A stretch of 64,000 bases of DNA from contig CAZAJQ010000001.1 of NCBI GenBank assembly GCA_964485795.1, positions 78,014 through 142,013 on the forward strand, in the 5' to 3' direction. Source of the DNA: an uncultured Gammaproteobacteria bacterium. Lineage in GTDB: Bacteria; Patescibacteriota; Patescibacteriia; VMEV01; CAZAJQ01. The notes below the pieces were generated by a model. The model had not been told where the DNA came from. It was given only the letters and a program-made list of their open reading frames with translations, and searched no databases. Shown here piece after piece: positions 10,445 to 19,544 of this stretch. Numbering within the stretch: position 1 is the first letter of the stretch; each line of letters opens with the position of its first letter. The translations under genes and the position numbers were made by a program.

Positions 10445-10484
10445 ATCCCCCAATCGTAGGCAACTCTTGGGGGATTTTGTTTTC
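10445..10484 (+). terminator. Rho-independent terminator downstream of the CARDB protein gene
   Basis: ATCCCCCAA, a 13-nt loop, TTGGGGGAT, then tttgtttt. Confidence 0.7.
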
Positions 10485-10643
10485 AGCGATACCTTTTGAA
10501 CGTATAAGGTCTTCGCAATCGTTCATTGAAAAACTTCATCCTTTTTTCAATCTAAAGTCCTTCACTGTGATTCTTTACTTCCCCCAAAGGAATCAAAGAA
10601 AGTACTTTAACAATTTCATGGTTTTGCAGAAAGGAAATCTGCC

Positions 10644-11462
10644 ATGACAAAGAGCTCAATCGTTCTCGCGCTGGCGCTATGCGTCTTTGCGACACTTACC
10701 GAACAGGCGCAAGCAAAAGCCCGCTCTCAAAAAACTTCTCAAGGGAATACTTTTCAGGTTCCCAAAGACGAAGACATGCCCAAGTATATCGAAGGATCCG
10801 TGGATGCCATCTTCACGTCAGGTTACTCTGAAATTCACCTTTTGGTTCGAGGAAAATACGACTTATTCGAATCAAAGGGGTTTAACATGGTTCCCTACGC
10901 GGAAATTTGTCACGACATGATCAAAATCGACGAGGCATGGGAAATCAACGGCCTCAAAGCTCCCTCACTTTCCAATACGCTTATTCTCTCGGAAAGCACA
11001 TTTTCCGGAGGCGTTGAATTGCTGTTGTGGAAATCTTGGTCATTACGCATTCTCTGCGGCGTTTCTCACTTTGAAGATTCGGATTATCGCTCCTATGAAA
11101 ATCCGGATCAACAGTGGAAATTGCGGTGGAGCTTCAAAGCGACCTACAAGCATTCCAAAGCGTTTACATGGAGCGCTCATGTGAGCTACCATCATGCGTT
11201 GCCTCATGTTTGGACATGGAACATCAACGCTCGGCTGCTTCCCGTCTGGGCTCAATGGCAAAAACGTCAATTCTTCCTCATGAATATGTTTTACGAAGGA
11301 TTGAAAGTGGATTCCATCTCAGTGCATAAGTATGGGGTCGCATTCATGGGAAAATTTCTTATCCACGAATTCGGACTGAAAGGAGGCATGTATGTCCAAA
11401 AACACAAGCTAGCGAATCGCTCGGGATTGTTCATCGGTTTCTCTGTTTCGATCTTATTTTAA
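10644..11462 (+). CDS. secreted hypothetical protein, W-rich, ending in ...GFSVSILF (beta-barrel-like C-terminal Phe)
   Basis: Signal peptide MTKSSIVLALALCVFATLTEQAQA. AAAGGA RBS upstream. Alternating-hydrophobic terminal strand. Confidence 0.6.
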   Translation: MTKSSIVLALALCVFATLTEQAQAKARSQKTSQGNTFQVPKDEDMPKYIEGSVDAIFTSGYSEIHLLVRGKYDLFESKGFNMVPYAEICHDMIKIDEAWEINGLKAPSLSNTLILSESTFSGGVELLLWKSWSLRILCGVSHFEDSDYRSYENPDQQWKLRWSFKATYKHSKAFTWSAHVSYHHALPHVWTWNINARLLPVWAQWQKRQFFLMNMFYEGLKVDSISVHKYGVAFMGKFLIHEFGLKGGMYVQKHKLANRSGLFIGFSVSILF

Positions 11463-11486
11463 AAACCTCACACAAGGAGTAAAAAC

Positions 11487-14201
11487 ATGAAGAGAACATG
11501 TTTTGTACTGAATTTGTTGTTCTTGGTGCTTATCCCTCATGTGGCTTCCGCTTCCGGATACCTGAATATCACGGCGCGCGATCAAAGCGGGAAAAACCTC
11601 ACGCCCATCATTTACTTGAGCGGGATATTCAAAGGGTTTCCTCCTCAGCTGATGACCTTGCCGGCGGGAAATTACTCTCTCAAATTGAGCGTCATCAACG
11701 GCTATACGGAGCAATTTACCAATCCGCAAACCATTACGATTTCGGAAGGCAAAACTCTGACCGTTGATCTGCTGTACACCTCCACAAACCTCGGGACACT
11801 CAATGTCTCGGCCGTGGATACGACGGGAAAATTCTTAGGCGCGCCGTTTTCTCTTGCCGGAACGTCAAAAGGGTCTACCGCGCAATCGCTCTCCCTGAAT
11901 TCCGGCACCTATCGCGTTTCGTTTGGAACTCTTGCCGGATACTCGCTGATCAGCCAAAAAGATGTGGATGCTACGGTGTTACCCGGCATCCCCACCTCGA
12001 TCAAGGCGACTTACCAGATCCTCATGAGCTTTCAAGACGTCACCGGTCCGGATATCGTCTTTCATTCTCCCCTGCCTTTTGGCACCGTGAATCAAAGCAG
12101 CATCCTGATCAAAGGATCCATCACGGATCAAAGTCGCATTACCGCGTTTTCCGTGAACAATGTATCTTCCATCAACATTGATGCCGGAAACTGGGAATGC
12201 GGAGTGAACCTCGCGTACGGGACGAATTCCATCGCGTTCAACGCTCAAGATGAATATGGAAACAGCACGGTGAAGTACCTCATTCTCGTGTATTCGCCTC
12301 CGGACACGACGGCTCCTCTCATCACGATTGACTCGCCGTCAAACAATACCGCGCTCACCACGGATACGGCGGTCATCAAAGGAACGATCAGCGACGCCAA
12401 TGCCATCACGTCTTTTACGCTCAATGGCACACTCGGCGTGCTGCCAAACGGCAATAATTGGCAAGTGACTCACAAGCTCATGGAAGGAATCAACCTTCTC
12501 AATTTCCGAGCTGTCGATGAGTACAACAACATTTCCGAAAAGCAGCTGATCCTCTCATATACGAGACCCTTGCCGCCTTCGGGAAACGTCGAAGCCGTCA
12601 TTTCGGATGCCAATGTCACCTATCTGGTGCAGGAAGACAATGAATCCAATGCCAACGTCAAAAAAAATGACTTGCAGTGGAAAACCGCTAATCTCGTTTC
12701 CGAAACCGTACTGGTGCGTCAGGGAAGATTGATACGATTTTCCGGTTACGGGAAAAGCGCCACCGTATCTCCGATCACCGCCTATCAATGGTATGTCATG
12801 GATAACGGGAAAAAAATCGTGCTGTCGGGCAATGCCAGCTTCTCAAGTCGATTTTTACCCTATATCAATTACCAAAGCACGAATGCGGTGCTGACGGTGT
12901 TCTTCGAAGTGCGGGAAAATGCAAACACATGGTCATATCCGGCTTCCATCACCATCACGTTCAAAAGATTCGTGAAATTGTATCCGGTTTTTACGGAACA
13001 TTGGATCGCATCCGGAAATCGCTATGGAGATACCGGCGAAGATCCTAAAAACAATACGCATCTCAAATACTTCGGATCCAAAATCAATGATAATTTCGCC
13101 ATTGATTTCAACTACGGTTCCGATCGAGATGATTATCAGCGAATCCTGGTATGTCCCTTCAAAAAGGGTCAAATAACCAAGGCGGACAACTACAGCGGAT
13201 GGGGTCGTCGAGTCGGAATTACGCCGCTGGATGACTTTGACCAGCCCATTACCGATCATCTTGGAAATCCATTTCTGTACATGATCTGCCACTGTGCGGT
13301 CGTTTCCGTTTCCGAAGGTGATATCGTCTTTCTCGGCAATGAACTCGGCACTTGCGGAGCCACCAATGTCACGCAGCATAGCAATGCCACAGACAATGAC
13401 ATGAAACCCCATGTTCACGGTGCTCTCTATACCGTACGCGGCGATTGGCTGGTCAGTGTGGCGCAAGAGCCGCTGTTTCTCAATCCTAGCGATGACGAAA
13501 AAGTCGTGGATATGCTCATGGACAAGGAAACTCCGTATGAGTCACAAAACACGTTAAAAAGAAATCCGGGTATCATCGTTGTGGATGATGGCGCGGCATC
13601 CGGACTCGTCTATGATCCGCTCTACGTATATTTCGGTTACAATCGAAGCCGATATTTTTCCGAAACCTCGGTGACAAGCTCGACGGTTGAGCACGTTTGG
13701 ACGCCGACCGTCGCAAGCTCGGGATTTTACATGATCGAAGTCCTTATCCCCTATCTCAAATCCGACTCTGAAAAAGCCGTTTATGAAATCTTCACGTCCG
13801 AAGGAAAGATATATACGGCTCAAGTCAATCAGAATCTGTATGTGAACGAATGGGTGAGATTGAAAACTTCGGATCATCAATTCACTTTTTACTTCTCGAA
13901 AGGAGACAAAAACTTCGTCAAACTCACGAATAAGACGGGTGAATCCGGAAAGACACTCAGCTTTGACGCCATTCGCTTCATACAAATCAGTTCCAGCGAA
14001 TTTGGCGGCGGAAATGACGCGACCGGATCAAGCACGGACACTCGGCAAAAAAATCGCGGAGGATGTTACATGAATGCAAATGTCACATGCGACTCTCGCA
14101 ATCAAAGTGAATCGCTTGAGGACATCTTCGAAAACTTTTTTGCTCTCTATCTGCCTCTCGCACTTTTGATCTTTACTATGTACATTGTGAAAAAACGTTA
14201 A
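11487..14201 (+). CDS. large secreted protein (904 aa) with PEGA-like repeats, two tandem Ig-like repeats and a C-terminal TM anchor plus basic tail
   Basis: AAGGAG RBS 8 nt upstream. Signal peptide. Repeats SPLPFGT...IKGSITD / SPSNNTALT...IKGTISD. C-terminus FFALYLPLALLIFTMYIVKKR. Confidence 0.75.
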   Translation: MKRTCFVLNLLFLVLIPHVASASGYLNITARDQSGKNLTPIIYLSGIFKGFPPQLMTLPAGNYSLKLSVINGYTEQFTNPQTITISEGKTLTVDLLYTSTNLGTLNVSAVDTTGKFLGAPFSLAGTSKGSTAQSLSLNSGTYRVSFGTLAGYSLISQKDVDATVLPGIPTSIKATYQILMSFQDVTGPDIVFHSPLPFGTVNQSSILIKGSITDQSRITAFSVNNVSSINIDAGNWECGVNLAYGTNSIAFNAQDEYGNSTVKYLILVYSPPDTTAPLITIDSPSNNTALTTDTAVIKGTISDANAITSFTLNGTLGVLPNGNNWQVTHKLMEGINLLNFRAVDEYNNISEKQLILSYTRPLPPSGNVEAVISDANVTYLVQEDNESNANVKKNDLQWKTANLVSETVLVRQGRLIRFSGYGKSATVSPITAYQWYVMDNGKKIVLSGNASFSSRFLPYINYQSTNAVLTVFFEVRENANTWSYPASITITFKRFVKLYPVFTEHWIASGNRYGDTGEDPKNNTHLKYFGSKINDNFAIDFNYGSDRDDYQRILVCPFKKGQITKADNYSGWGRRVGITPLDDFDQPITDHLGNPFLYMICHCAVVSVSEGDIVFLGNELGTCGATNVTQHSNATDNDMKPHVHGALYTVRGDWLVSVAQEPLFLNPSDDEKVVDMLMDKETPYESQNTLKRNPGIIVVDDGAASGLVYDPLYVYFGYNRSRYFSETSVTSSTVEHVWTPTVASSGFYMIEVLIPYLKSDSEKAVYEIFTSEGKIYTAQVNQNLYVNEWVRLKTSDHQFTFYFSKGDKNFVKLTNKTGESGKTLSFDAIRFIQISSSEFGGGNDATGSSTDTRQKNRGGCYMNANVTCDSRNQSESLEDIFENFFALYLPLALLIFTMYIVKKR

Positions 14202-14328
14202 TTCTATCTTGGGAGTTGCCTTTATCAAAAGGTAACTCCCTCTTTCGCTTTGTCGCGATCGCATGGGCTTCTCATCGAGACGGATATTTGAAACCGTTTC
14301 ATAAAAAATCTCATCATCGAAAAAATAT

Positions 14329-15159
14329 ATGCAAACCACCTTTCTCAAAGTCATTTTTTTCATCACTCTCGCGCTTTCCACGGCCGTGGTTTTGGAGAAC
14401 ATGAAGAACAATTCGCCGGAAACCGATCGGAATGTCGCTGGAACCGAACCCGTTCAAAAAGTCGAGGAGTCAAAAACGCCTGCCGAAATCGCTCAAACCC
14501 CGCCTGATACCGCCTCTCCGACAACAGGTGCCTCGACGACTCAACCAGATCCCGAAAAAAAGGAAGAAACCGCTCCCAAAACGCAAGCCGAAGTGAAAAA
14601 ACCCATAAAAACGACATCACCTATCCCGACCAGAGAAACCGTGACCGAAATCACCAGAATATCGGATAAACTCATTGGAGATATAGCTTTCAGTGCCGAA
14701 GAAAAAAAGTTACTCGATATGTCAACATGGAAAAAATTCACGCATCCGGATTGGCATTATTCGTTGATGATTCCGCCATTTTTGGAAATAAAAGAATCGG
14801 ATAGCTCGGATATAACCTCGTGGCGGGATCCGCAAAAGCGAATTTCGCTTTTCATCTGGTATCTCCCTGACGGGTATGGACCTTCATTTGATACGCTGTC
14901 ATATTCCTTCGAATGGGATGCCGAGAAAAATTTTATTTTTAAAAATAAAAAAAGGTATATTTATCCCATAAACCAAGAACCGCCGGTTGATTATGTCTCG
15001 TACGGGGCTTATATGAGTGTTGACAAAAAGAGAGGAGCTACCATCGACATTTCGGCTGGAGTGAAGGATGATTCGAAATTCTATCAAAAAATATTCGAAC
15101 AAATTGCGTTTTCATTTCAGCTCAAAACCGATCTTCGAGATGTTCGAGAGGTACCATAA
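14329..15159 (+). CDS. secreted hypothetical protein with a Pro/Thr/Glu-rich linker
   Basis: 276-aa ORF with an N-terminal hydrophobic signal and a low-complexity PETDRN...TTQPDPEKKEET region. Confidence 0.55.
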   Translation: MQTTFLKVIFFITLALSTAVVLENMKNNSPETDRNVAGTEPVQKVEESKTPAEIAQTPPDTASPTTGASTTQPDPEKKEETAPKTQAEVKKPIKTTSPIPTRETVTEITRISDKLIGDIAFSAEEKKLLDMSTWKKFTHPDWHYSLMIPPFLEIKESDSSDITSWRDPQKRISLFIWYLPDGYGPSFDTLSYSFEWDAEKNFIFKNKKRYIYPINQEPPVDYVSYGAYMSVDKKRGATIDISAGVKDDSKFYQKIFEQIAFSFQLKTDLRDVREVP

Positions 15160-15180
15160 ACGATGGCACTCGAGCGAAAT

Positions 15181-15217
15181 AAAAAAAGAACTCTATCGTG
15201 TGACTGTGATAGAGTTC
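15181..15217 (-). terminator. Rho-independent terminator for the minus-strand gene 15248..16180
   Basis: Perfect 10-bp inverted repeat GAACTCTATC / GATAGAGTTC with a 10-nt loop. On the minus strand the hairpin is followed by UUUUUUU (the A-run at 15181-15187 on plus). Confidence 0.7.
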
Positions 15218-15247
15218 CTGAAAGGGCAGATGAATGAAATCATTATT

Positions 15248-16180
15248 TTATTGTCTTTTCCCCCTGAAAAAGAATTCGATATTGATTCCCAAGAAAAAAT
15301 TGACCTCCTTGCCACTATCCTTGGGATTAGATTCGATGGTGAAACCAGCATAACTGAAAACATTGAATGCCGGAGTTTCAATCCGACATACCGCTTTCAG
15401 AACAAAGGAACTCGTTGCCTGAGGAATGTGGCTATACCCTGCCATTAATCCCCCCATTATAATTGATTTTTTTCCGGCGCATAGTCCGCCCTCCCAGCTG
15501 TAAAGATTCGGAATTTTTATGGTCGAGAACCCTTCCCCGAATATGGAGAAGTCGAGTCCACCAAGATTTCCCAAGTGAAAACTTAAGTTTCCACGGATCT
15601 CAGTAGTCTCAGCATTGGATGTTCCATATTTGTGTTCATCATTTTCATCACCCTGAACTATGGACATCCAGCCAAAAGTGCAATCCAGTCGGATTCGATG
15701 AGACTCTCCTCCCAAGGAAATTCCCCCCAAATATGAAACCCTTCGGAAGTCTTTCTTTTCATCACTTCGGGCGCTCCAGTTCACCACTTGAGCTCTTAAC
15801 CCCACTGGCAAATCCCCGAAGAAAAGAGAACTACCAAAATAATTTTCAAGGCTTCCGATTTTCTTTGAGATCTTCAGTTTAGATCCCGCAGAAACTTCAA
15901 GGATGTTGGAGTCCATTTCTCGCTCAAACTCCTTCAACCTCCTTCTTAGGTTTTCATTTTCCTTCTTTAATTTAGGAAAATGTTTCCTATAAAGTTCAAC
16001 TTCCTTTTTCTTGGTTTCTTCTTCAGCTCCCTCATCTTCCTCTTCAAAAGATTCAGAAGGTTTAGCTTTCTTCGCCGTTGAGTTGGCCTTTTTCACAGGA
16101 TTCTCCTCTTGAGCGAAAAGGGGTGATAAAGGAGAGATGGAAAACACAAGAATGAGAACCAGCACCAGTAAATTTTTCAT
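15248..16180 (-). CDS. secreted hypothetical protein with an acidic/coiled N-terminal region
   Basis: Signal peptide MKNLLVLVLILVFSISPLSPLFAQ. 310 aa. Confidence 0.6.
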   Translation of the reverse strand: MKNLLVLVLILVFSISPLSPLFAQEENPVKKANSTAKKAKPSESFEEEDEGAEEETKKKEVELYRKHFPKLKKENENLRRRLKEFEREMDSNILEVSAGSKLKISKKIGSLENYFGSSLFFGDLPVGLRAQVVNWSARSDEKKDFRRVSYLGGISLGGESHRIRLDCTFGWMSIVQGDENDEHKYGTSNAETTEIRGNLSFHLGNLGGLDFSIFGEGFSTIKIPNLYSWEGGLCAGKKSIIMGGLMAGYSHIPQATSSFVLKAVCRIETPAFNVFSYAGFTIESNPKDSGKEVNFFLGINIEFFFRGKRQ

Positions 16181-16368
16181 TGTTTAGCTCCTTTTTTTGC
16201 TAAATAATGTTGATAGATATAAGTTACAACCAATTAAAGAATGCAAAAACTTATCATATTTAGTGGTATTTGTCAAATAAATGTACTGCGGGGTCACTTT
16301 TCCTCTCCCTTGAAAAAAAACACATCTTCTTTTTTATGGCTAAAAACAAACAAAAATTCATTATTTTG

Positions 16369-16397
16369 TTGACAAATTTGTATTAATGTGATATTAT
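16369..16397 (+). promoter_or_regulatory. near-consensus sigma70-type promoter (TTGACA, 17 nt, TATTAT)
   Basis: TTGACA at 16369-16374, a 17-nt spacer, TATTAT at 16392-16397. It lies about 135 nt upstream of the lipoprotein gene, which has an AGGAAGGA RBS. Confidence 0.55.
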
Positions 16398-16534
16398 AGA
16401 TCGTAAGTAAACGATACCTTTTGATGGCCGACCGCTCATTACAATAGTATCTTAACGACAATATTCGATGCTTTCGAAACTTGTAGTTTGGGTTCTATTG
16501 TTTTTTTTATTTCCGTTTTAGGAAGGATACTCAA

Positions 16535-16885
16535 ATGGAAAAGTTATTGATCGTGCTCGCCCTCATCAGCCTCACCGGATGCTCCACTACTCAAACTCCC
16601 GTAACACCTATTGAATCATCAGCTCCAAAAATCGAACGATTCAAAAAGGGTTCATTTATTACTCAAGCATCAGAAGTTTTAACAAAAAATGGCATGAACT
16701 CAACTGCCATTGCGATGATGAATATCGAGCAAAGAGCATCGACGGTTGGTGAATATCTCGAACTGCTTGAAAATTTCGAAATGTTTTTTCTAAAAACAGG
16801 GAAGCTTGCAAACGCTTACGGAAACGAAATTTTTAGAACCAGAAACGAAGCAAAAAAATTCGGTAGGGAATATCCTGCTGAATAA
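16535..16885 (+). CDS. small lipoprotein, hypothetical
   Basis: Lipobox LISLTGCS after the signal. 116 aa. Confidence 0.6.
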   Translation: MEKLLIVLALISLTGCSTTQTPVTPIESSAPKIERFKKGSFITQASEVLTKNGMNSTAIAMMNIEQRASTVGEYLELLENFEMFFLKTGKLANAYGNEIFRTRNEAKKFGREYPAE

Positions 16886-17006
16886 TCAAAAAAATCTCAA
16901 AGTAAACCTCCTCCTATATCACCACAATTGAATAGATGAGACGGATTTACTATCATTCTTAAACAAACACAACAAACTTTACATCGTATTCCCCCGCCTC
17001 GACACA

Positions 17007-17405
17007 GTGATGTCTCCGCGAAGCTCATCTTCTCGGCAACATCGTTGTACCGAGAATTGGTCTTGGTACATGTTCTTAAGAAAAAGTGAGGATCAATTTC
17101 TGGAACTTTTCCCCTGCGATATCTTTAATGAGGGATGGAATCGATTTGGCCCATATGGTCAAGATCTCATTGATACGTTGTTAAAGGTACTGGAATCACC
17201 TCATGGCAAGGATGTATGGTTTAAGGTTGAAAAAATCTCTCAATCGTACGGAACTATGAGAAAACTCAATCTTGTTCATCCGCTCCTAAAGTGCGATGTG
17301 ATTATTGAGGATTCTTTTGAACACTATATCGATCGATCTGGCAAAATCAGCATTTATCCAGAAAAAATGATGAATTCACAAGAACTGGAAGAAGAATGCC
17401 TGTGA
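17007..17405 (+). CDS. hypothetical protein; the start is probably the internal MFLRKSEDQ
   Basis: ORF only; no motifs. Confidence 0.4.
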   Translation: MMSPRSSSSRQHRCTENWSWYMFLRKSEDQFLELFPCDIFNEGWNRFGPYGQDLIDTLLKVLESPHGKDVWFKVEKISQSYGTMRKLNLVHPLLKCDVIIEDSFEHYIDRSGKISIYPEKMMNSQELEEECL

Positions 17406-17509
17406 TAAAAATCGATCAATCCAAAGGTGCTCGTAGCATGCACTTCAAATTATGATGCTACAAAAAAAAGTTACGAGTATCTTCGGATTCTTATAACTTG
17501 GGGTTGTTT

Positions 17510-17548
17510 TAAAAAAAGCATTTCATATGACAGAAATGCTTCTCGATA
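17510..17548. terminator. bidirectional hairpin terminator. On the minus strand it is followed by a U8 run, ending the mevalonate operon after the DUF35 gene.
   Basis: AGCATTTC, loop atatgaca, GAAATGCT, flanked by A7 (plus strand), which reads as T-rich on the minus strand. Confidence 0.55.
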
Positions 17549-17654
17549 CTATTTTTTTCTTGAGAGCGGATTCATTCGATCTCCCAAGGGGTGCTTCATA
17601 AGCGGCCTCTTTTTTTTTATAAAAATTATTTTTTTATAACTGCCATAGTAGTCG

Positions 17655-17915
17655 TCATGAAGGAACTTTTATTGCCTTCACTCCATAGAGAATCAACCCT
17701 TCCTCGCTTTTTGAAATCTTTCTCTTCATCAATGTTACCTCCTGCCCGATTTTCACGTCTTCACCATCCGCAACCGTAACCATGATCCGCTCATGGGAAT
17801 CGGCCAGCTCAATCAAGGCAACCGTATACGGCGTTTCGGCAACCATTCCGCTTGGAGCTGAAAAGAGTTTTGAAAACGTCAAAACCTTTCCTTTTTTCCC
17901 GAGGAAAGCCCGCAT
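17655..17915 (-). CDS. DUF35-type OB-fold protein, the thiolase/HMG-CoA synthase partner. It lacks the usual N-terminal Zn ribbon.
   Basis: MRAFLGKKGKVLTFSKLF...PYTVALIELADSHERIMVTVADGEDVKIGQEVTL matches the DUF35 OB-fold. The ORF-track extension to 18047 contains no Cys and overlaps the repeat element, so the ATG at 17913-17915 is preferred. Confidence 0.65.
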   Translation of the reverse strand: MRAFLGKKGKVLTFSKLFSAPSGMVAETPYTVALIELADSHERIMVTVADGEDVKIGQEVTLMKRKISKSEEGLILYGVKAIKVPS

Positions 17916-17990
17916 TTTTTTATGCTGCCGCCATACAAAAGGCGGGGTATGAAAAAGTGTCATAGAAAAAATACGTAATGGTATGAATTT

Positions 17991-18260
17991 CCTCCCCTTG
18001 GACAAGGGGAGGTGGCCGAAGGCCGGAGGGGTGAGCTTCGTGAACATGGCGTTTACCGTGTCCGAAGCGGAGGGGTGAGCTTCGTGAACATGGCGTTTAC
18101 CGTGTCCGAAGCGAAGGGGTGAGCTCCGCGAAAATGGAGCTTACCGTGTCCGAGCCGGAGGCCTGGCTCTGGCAGGGGGGTGCTTCATGAGTAAGTGCCT
18201 ATTCAATGTTCCCGCCCCACCCCTCTGCCCTTCGGGCATCTCCCCTTGTCCAAGGGGAGA
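17991..18260. repeat. composite repeat element: a 22-nt hairpin CCTCCCCTTGGACAAGGGGAGG (17991-18012), a 3 x 44-bp tandem direct repeat (18025-18156; copies 1 and 2 identical, copy 3 diverged), and an inverted copy of the hairpin TCTCCCCTTGTCCAAGGGGAGA (18239-18260)
   Basis: Read directly from the sequence. Unit: GGAGGGGTGAGCTTCGTGAACATGGCGTTTACCGTGTCCGAAGC. Confidence 0.85.
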
Positions 18261-18270
18261 ATACGCAACG

Positions 18271-19416
18271 TTATACCTTACCCAAAAGATGCATCACACA
18301 TGTCGCGCCGCTGCCGCCCACATTATGCGTCAATGCATATTTCACGTCCGGAGCCTGCCGCTTCCCCGCCTGCCCTCGAAGCTGCCATGCGGCTTCCGCG
18401 ATCTGTTTCACGCCGGTGGCGCCGACCGGATGACCGCACGCTTTCAAACCTCCGGACGTATTGAACGCCGGCTTCATATCGGAATGATTCATCATTTTCA
18501 TAAGCAACGCGCCACCTTCTCCTTTGTTTGCAAACCCGATATCCTCAAGCGCCATAAGACCCGCAATGGAAAAACAATCATGCACTTCGACAAGATCAAT
18601 GTCCGCCGGCTTCAAATTCGCGGTAGCGAATATTTTACGGCTGGCTTCTTGCGTTGATTTCAGACCGATCAAAGTTTTTCTGCCCGATAGCGAAAGCGTA
18701 TCGCAGGCGACTTCACTTGCGACTATGCAAACATCATTATCGGTTTTTCGCGCTTCCTCTGCCGACAATATCACGGCGCCCGCTCCGTCTGAAATCGGAG
18801 AGCACTCAAGCAAGGTCAAAGGGTCTGCGATCATCGAGCTTTCCAAAACGTCGTTAACTGAAATTTCTTTTTGAAACTGCGCCAACGGATTTTTCGCACC
18901 ATTCCGATGCGAAATGATCGAAGCTGCGGCCAGCTGCTCGCGTGTCGTTCCAAACGTTTCCATATGCTCCCTTGCCATCATGGCGTACAAAGCCGGAAAA
19001 GTAGCGCCGGCGAGACGTTCTTCGCTTGACGCGGCCTGCATCAAAAATGAAGCGACGGTCTCGGCCGAAAAGTCCGTCATCTTCTCCACGCCCACTACCA
19101 ACACTTTTTTATACTGCTTCGCCTCAATCGAAGTAACCGCCCGATGCACCGCAAGTCCTCCGGACGCGCAGGCTCCTTCGACGCGAAAACATGGGATGTT
19201 CACGCCGTATTGTTCACAGAGCAAGGCTCCCGCATGACTTTGCATGGCCGTTTCTCCGCAAAGCATCGTTCCGACGAAACACGCCTCAATCTCTGAAACG
19301 TTCATGCCGGAATCAAGCAACGCCAAATCAACGGCTTCTCGAAAAAGATCTTCAAAGCTTTTGTCCCAAATTTCTCCAAAACGCGTCATGCCGATGCCGG
19401 AGATGATCGTGTACAT
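18271..19416 (-). CDS. archaeal-type acetoacetyl-CoA thiolase (thiolase-like/SCP-x family)
   Basis: 381 aa; GMTRFGE...CASGG...NTSGGL...GHPVGATG thiolase signatures. Adjacent to HMGCS and DUF35 as in archaea. Confidence 0.9.
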   Translation of the reverse strand: MYTIISGIGMTRFGEIWDKSFEDLFREAVDLALLDSGMNVSEIEACFVGTMLCGETAMQSHAGALLCEQYGVNIPCFRVEGACASGGLAVHRAVTSIEAKQYKKVLVVGVEKMTDFSAETVASFLMQAASSEERLAGATFPALYAMMAREHMETFGTTREQLAAASIISHRNGAKNPLAQFQKEISVNDVLESSMIADPLTLLECSPISDGAGAVILSAEEARKTDNDVCIVASEVACDTLSLSGRKTLIGLKSTQEASRKIFATANLKPADIDLVEVHDCFSIAGLMALEDIGFANKGEGGALLMKMMNHSDMKPAFNTSGGLKACGHPVGATGVKQIAEAAWQLRGQAGKRQAPDVKYALTHNVGGSGATCVMHLLGKV

Positions 19417-19424
19417 AGGGGAAG

Positions 19425-19540
19425 AGGTAGGAGTAAGTAGTCAATTCTCAGCTCTCAGGAGTAAGTTCTCAGTGCGTAAGCATAACTGCAAAACGTCGAT
19501 TCGGCAGCTGAGTACTGAGAACTGACTGCTGACGCACTTG
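19425..19540. repeat. GAGTAAG/CTCAG(T) heptamer-palindrome repeat, family member 2 of 3
   Basis: ...gagtaagtagtcaattctcagctctcaggagtaagttctcagtgcgtaag...gctgagtactgagaactgactgctgacgcacttg, between thiolase and HMGCS. Confidence 0.6.
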
Positions 19541-19544
19541 TTCC

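Noticed and set aside
15068-15448. 126-aa plus-strand ORF spanning the convergent gene junction
   Set aside because: It overlaps the 3' ends of both well-formed secreted-protein genes and the terminator hairpin, with no motif support.
18025-18156. Possible CRISPR array
   Set aside because: The three 44-bp units are directly adjacent with no spacers and no cas genes nearby, so this is a tandem repeat, not a CRISPR.
18187-18657. Three overlapping plus-strand ORFs (156, 89, 75 aa)
   Set aside because: They start inside the palindrome/tandem-repeat element and run antisense to the thiolase gene. Their Pro/Arg/Cys-rich composition comes from the repeat and from antisense coding.
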